A stretch of 64,000 bases of DNA from Felis catus (lineage: Eukaryota): contig NC_058371.1 in NCBI RefSeq assembly GCF_018350175.1, positions 6,262,001-6,326,000 on the forward strand. The letters are read 5' to 3'. The notes below the pieces were generated by a model. It was given only the letters and a program-made list of their open reading frames with translations, ran no database searches and was not told the DNA's origin. Positions within the stretch are counted from its first letter, which is position 1. The number at the start of each line of letters is the position of its first letter. The position numbers were made by a program, and so were the translations under genes. Shown here piece after piece: positions 60,946-64,000 of this stretch.

Positions 60946-61447
60946 CTAAATGTAACAAAATAAAATTCCTATTTGTCATTTTTAAAGTTACATATAACTT
61001 CCTTTTAATTAAGTCAGCTAAATTATAGGAAAACATAACTAAAGCGTTTTTTATTTACCCAAGTATCTTATTTTGGCATATTCTTCATGTTCAGAAAAAC
61101 CTTGAAGTCCTGGATTGCCTCAGACTGTGGTTGTTTTGTTTTGTTTTGTTTTTTTCTGGTTTTTTTTTTTTCAACCGTGTCTAATTTTAGAAAGTGTTTA
61201 ATAGTTCTGGACAGTAGTATTTGTGTCAAATAATATAATGCTGTTCCTGTTGTCATGTTTTAGCATTTCTTTTCACACAGTGAGCCAAGTAGGAGTATAC
61301 AATGGTCATATTTAGTACATCAGAAGTTGTTGATAAATGAAAAAGGTTTTGCCTCTGCTCAAAACGAAATGCGGTTCTCTTACTTGTCAGTAGACGACAT
61401 GGTTGGAAGTCACAAGCTTCCATTCTATAAAAATGTAGCTCATTTTT

Positions 61448-61685
61448 ATTTTTATTTTATTTTATTTTTTAATATTTTTCAAATTTTTAATGTTTGTTTG
61501 TTTCTGAGAGAGACAGAGTGTTAGCAGGGGAGGGGCAGAGAGAGGGGGAGACACAGAATCCAAAACAGGCTCCAGGCTCTGAGCTGTCAGCACAGAGCCC
61601 GACGCGGGGCTCGAACCCACGGACCACAAGACCGTGACCTGAGCCAAAGTCGAATGCTCAACCGACAGAGCCACCCAGGCGCGCC
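61448..61685 (-). mobile_element. CanSINE with TSD
   Basis: TSD AAAT(G/A)TAGCTCATTTTT. Confidence 0.96.
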
Positions 61686-62860
61686 AAATATAGCTCATTT
61701 TTAGCCCAGCATTTCCTACTTTGTATTCACTTGGTTAGCCTTTCATTTTTTTTTTCTTTTCCACTTCTCTCCTCTCTTTTTTTAATTTTAAAAGTCATGT
61801 CAGCCAGTTGGGAAACAGTAATGCATCACTATGAAGTTCAGTTTTGCTCTCTGGGCCCTGTCATATGCACTGTCACTGTTCCTGTCGTGTTCCAGCAGCT
61901 TTAAGGATGACTTCTTTGGCGTTCGGCTACCTTCTAGCAGGAAGAGTCTGTTACTCACATCCTCTGGGTTGTGGTTATTCAGGATGTGACATCACGTGTA
62001 AGTGTAAGGCAGAATTGTTGCCCAGGAATAAGGGTCCTTGAGAGAACCATTGTTTGTTCAGGGTCTGTGTCATTCATAAAAGGCCTGGTCTGGCCCCACT
62101 GAGCAGCTTTAGGGACAGTCCTGTCCTTGGTCAAAGCTGGATGAGTTCATAACCATGAGCTCATTCTTGTTGAATGAATGACAGCATTAGCTAGCAGAAA
62201 GGTTGGGTTTTAATATTAACACCTGGAATATAGATTTTGGCCTACATCTTCTTTGGGCCCAAATATTCTATGTCAGTTATTTCTAAAAGGAACTGGAAAC
62301 TTGGGTCTTTTATTTAATTACTAAGGGCTAGGAAATGAGCACAATGGGCCAGAGATAGGGAGGAGGGCATATAGGTCCTGACCGACCAAGGATCAACTGC
62401 GATGTTTTTCCATCACTTTTCCAAAGGCCTCCAGAGCAGGTGACTGTCTATCCAGGTCAGGTGGTTGTCTCTGGTCTGTAAGACCTCCGATCTCTACCTG
62501 TCCCTCATTGTCCAGTTCAATAGCCTCTGAGTCTGACAGGCTAGAAGAATCTTCTAGTCAGAAAATTTTAGGTTTGGATTTAAACCCGTTTCACACAGTA
62601 ATTGCTCAACAAATGCCTTAAATAGATTTGGTGCATAATTTGGTCCCTTTTCTAGGTTCAGACATTTTAATGTGTTTAGTTGGACATTATAGGCTGATTT
62701 CTTTATAGTCATCTTCTGATTTTCCCGTTACCATAGATCATGTGATACCTAGTTTCACAATTGATGTTTTAAAAATCATGTGATCCAACCAAAGCTTAAT
62801 AAAAGCTAGAAAAACTGACTTACACAGGATGTAGCAAAGGTTTAAATCATTGCTTTTTTG

Positions 62861-63084
62861 AGGCACCTGGGTGGCTCAGTCATTTAAGCATCCGACTTCG
62901 GCTCAGGTCATGATCTCACGGTTCATGAGTTTGAGCCCCATGTTGGGCTCTGTGCCGACAGCTCAGAACCTGGAGCCTGCTTCGGATTCTGTGTCTCCCT
63001 CTCTCTCTGTCCCTCCCCCACTCATGCTCTGTCTTTCTCTGTCAAAAATAAATAAAAACGTTAAAAAAAAGAAAAAGAAATAAA
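62861..63084 (+). mobile_element. CanSINE with TSD
   Basis: TSD TAAATCATTGCT. Confidence 0.96.
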
Positions 63085-63833
63085 TAAATCATTGCTCTAT
63101 GTTTTACACTTTATTACCATTATCAGAAAATATGAGAAATGTTTACTCAACAGACATTTTTTGAATGAGCTTGATTTCCCGCTAGCTTTGCTATCAAACG
63201 GTGAGCGGTGTGACTTAGGCATTACTAATTTATTTTAATAATTAACTACAGATATGTTGATACACTTACATTAAAATTTTTATCTTTTCATTTTTCACTT
63301 GTATCACCTCTTGGGATTACAATTTTCATACCTTGTGAATTCATCGTGTGATACAGTTCTATTTTTTCTACACTGTTGTAACATTGTGGAAAGACTTGGT
63401 AAAGAAGTAACTTCTTTAGTCTAGCCTCAGATAAAAGTGTTTTATTCTCCTACTGCTTCCTACTGTTTACCCTGCTTTATCCAACACTTCTTATGGAGAC
63501 AAGGAAAGAACACCTGTAACTCTTCTAGATGTGATCTTATTACAGTTGGGAGGCTTGTAGTTTCTCTTACCTCGTGTCCCCTTCTGGCTCATGTCTGGCT
63601 TTTTTTTTCAGCTGAAGTAGCATATGGAAATAATAATACATCATAGGAAGTATTTGCTATTAAATCTACTTTTTTTTTTTTCTTTTTGAGCATTACTTAA
63701 AACTGAGAGTAGGAAGGTACTAACTTCTTAAGCTTATAAAGAGACCAGAAAGCAGATGTACCAATGTTGAGACTTGAACTAGGAGCATCTCAGCAAATTC
63801 TGCCAACAGCACTTTTTTCCCACCTGGACTATT

Positions 63834-64000
63834 CTTTTTTTGTTTTTTAATTTTTTTTTTTAATTTATTCATTTTTGAGAGACAGAGACAGAGCACAAGC
63901 GGGGGAGGAGCGGAAAGAGAGGGAGACACAGAATCTGACACAGGCTCCAGGCTCTGAGCTGTCAGCACAGAGCCGGACCTGGGGCTCGAACCCACGAACC
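63834..64000 (-). mobile_element. CanSINE, cut by the window edge
   Basis: Tail and 3' body of the consensus. Confidence 0.95.

Noticed and set aside
1-64000. Most ORFs in the supplied six-frame track (e.g. 6693-6971, 16584-16790, 55495-55800, 62871-63083)
   Set aside because: They are translations of SINEs, L1 3' ends, microsatellites or random intronic sequence. Only 11184-11480, 53224-53454 and 55797-56057 contain real exon frames.
1-64000. Recurrent 200-bp repeat, and short repeats at 24042 and 44261, as a CRISPR-like array or novel repeat system
   Set aside because: The recurrent element is the dispersed carnivore SINE; the short repeats lack regular unique spacers; the DNA is mammalian.
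38300-64000. SINE orientation bias in the doubly transcribed region (8 minus versus 5 plus)
   Set aside because: Numbers are too small to differ from the 9 versus 8 split in the MCPH1-only part.

Overview
Mammalian genomic DNA from a feliform carnivoran, most likely a cat-family species. About 30 tRNA-Lys-derived CanSINEs of the feline SINEC_Fc type support this; the species cannot be fixed from the sequence. The window is the MCPH1/ANGPT2 nested-gene locus. The + strand carries three MCPH1 (microcephalin) coding exons of 38, 163 and 78 nt, equivalent to human exons 10-12 and encoding the second BRCT domain. The - strand, inside the following MCPH1 intron, carries ANGPT2 (angiopoietin-2) exons 3-7 and 9, with exon 8 almost entirely hidden in a 132-N gap, plus a probable 3' UTR of about 3.2 kb running antisense across MCPH1 exon 12. 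The rest is intronic: SINEs, L1/L2/MIR, ERV/MaLR LTRs, DNA-transposon relics, microsatellites and four N gaps. Nearly all ORFs in the supplied track are spurious. I found no convincing new biological system. The best leads are an alternative-polyadenylation-dependent sense/antisense overlap on an in-frame MCPH1 exon, an assembly gap that matches one exon almost exactly, a SINE-flanked 201-nt stop-free exon circle, substitutions at the ANGPT2 Tie2-binding loop, a CpG-dense ANGPT2 3' end, and a cryptic poison acceptor. Exon numbering and human comparisons are from memory of the orthologues and were not checked against a database. Repeat family names and boundaries are by eye.
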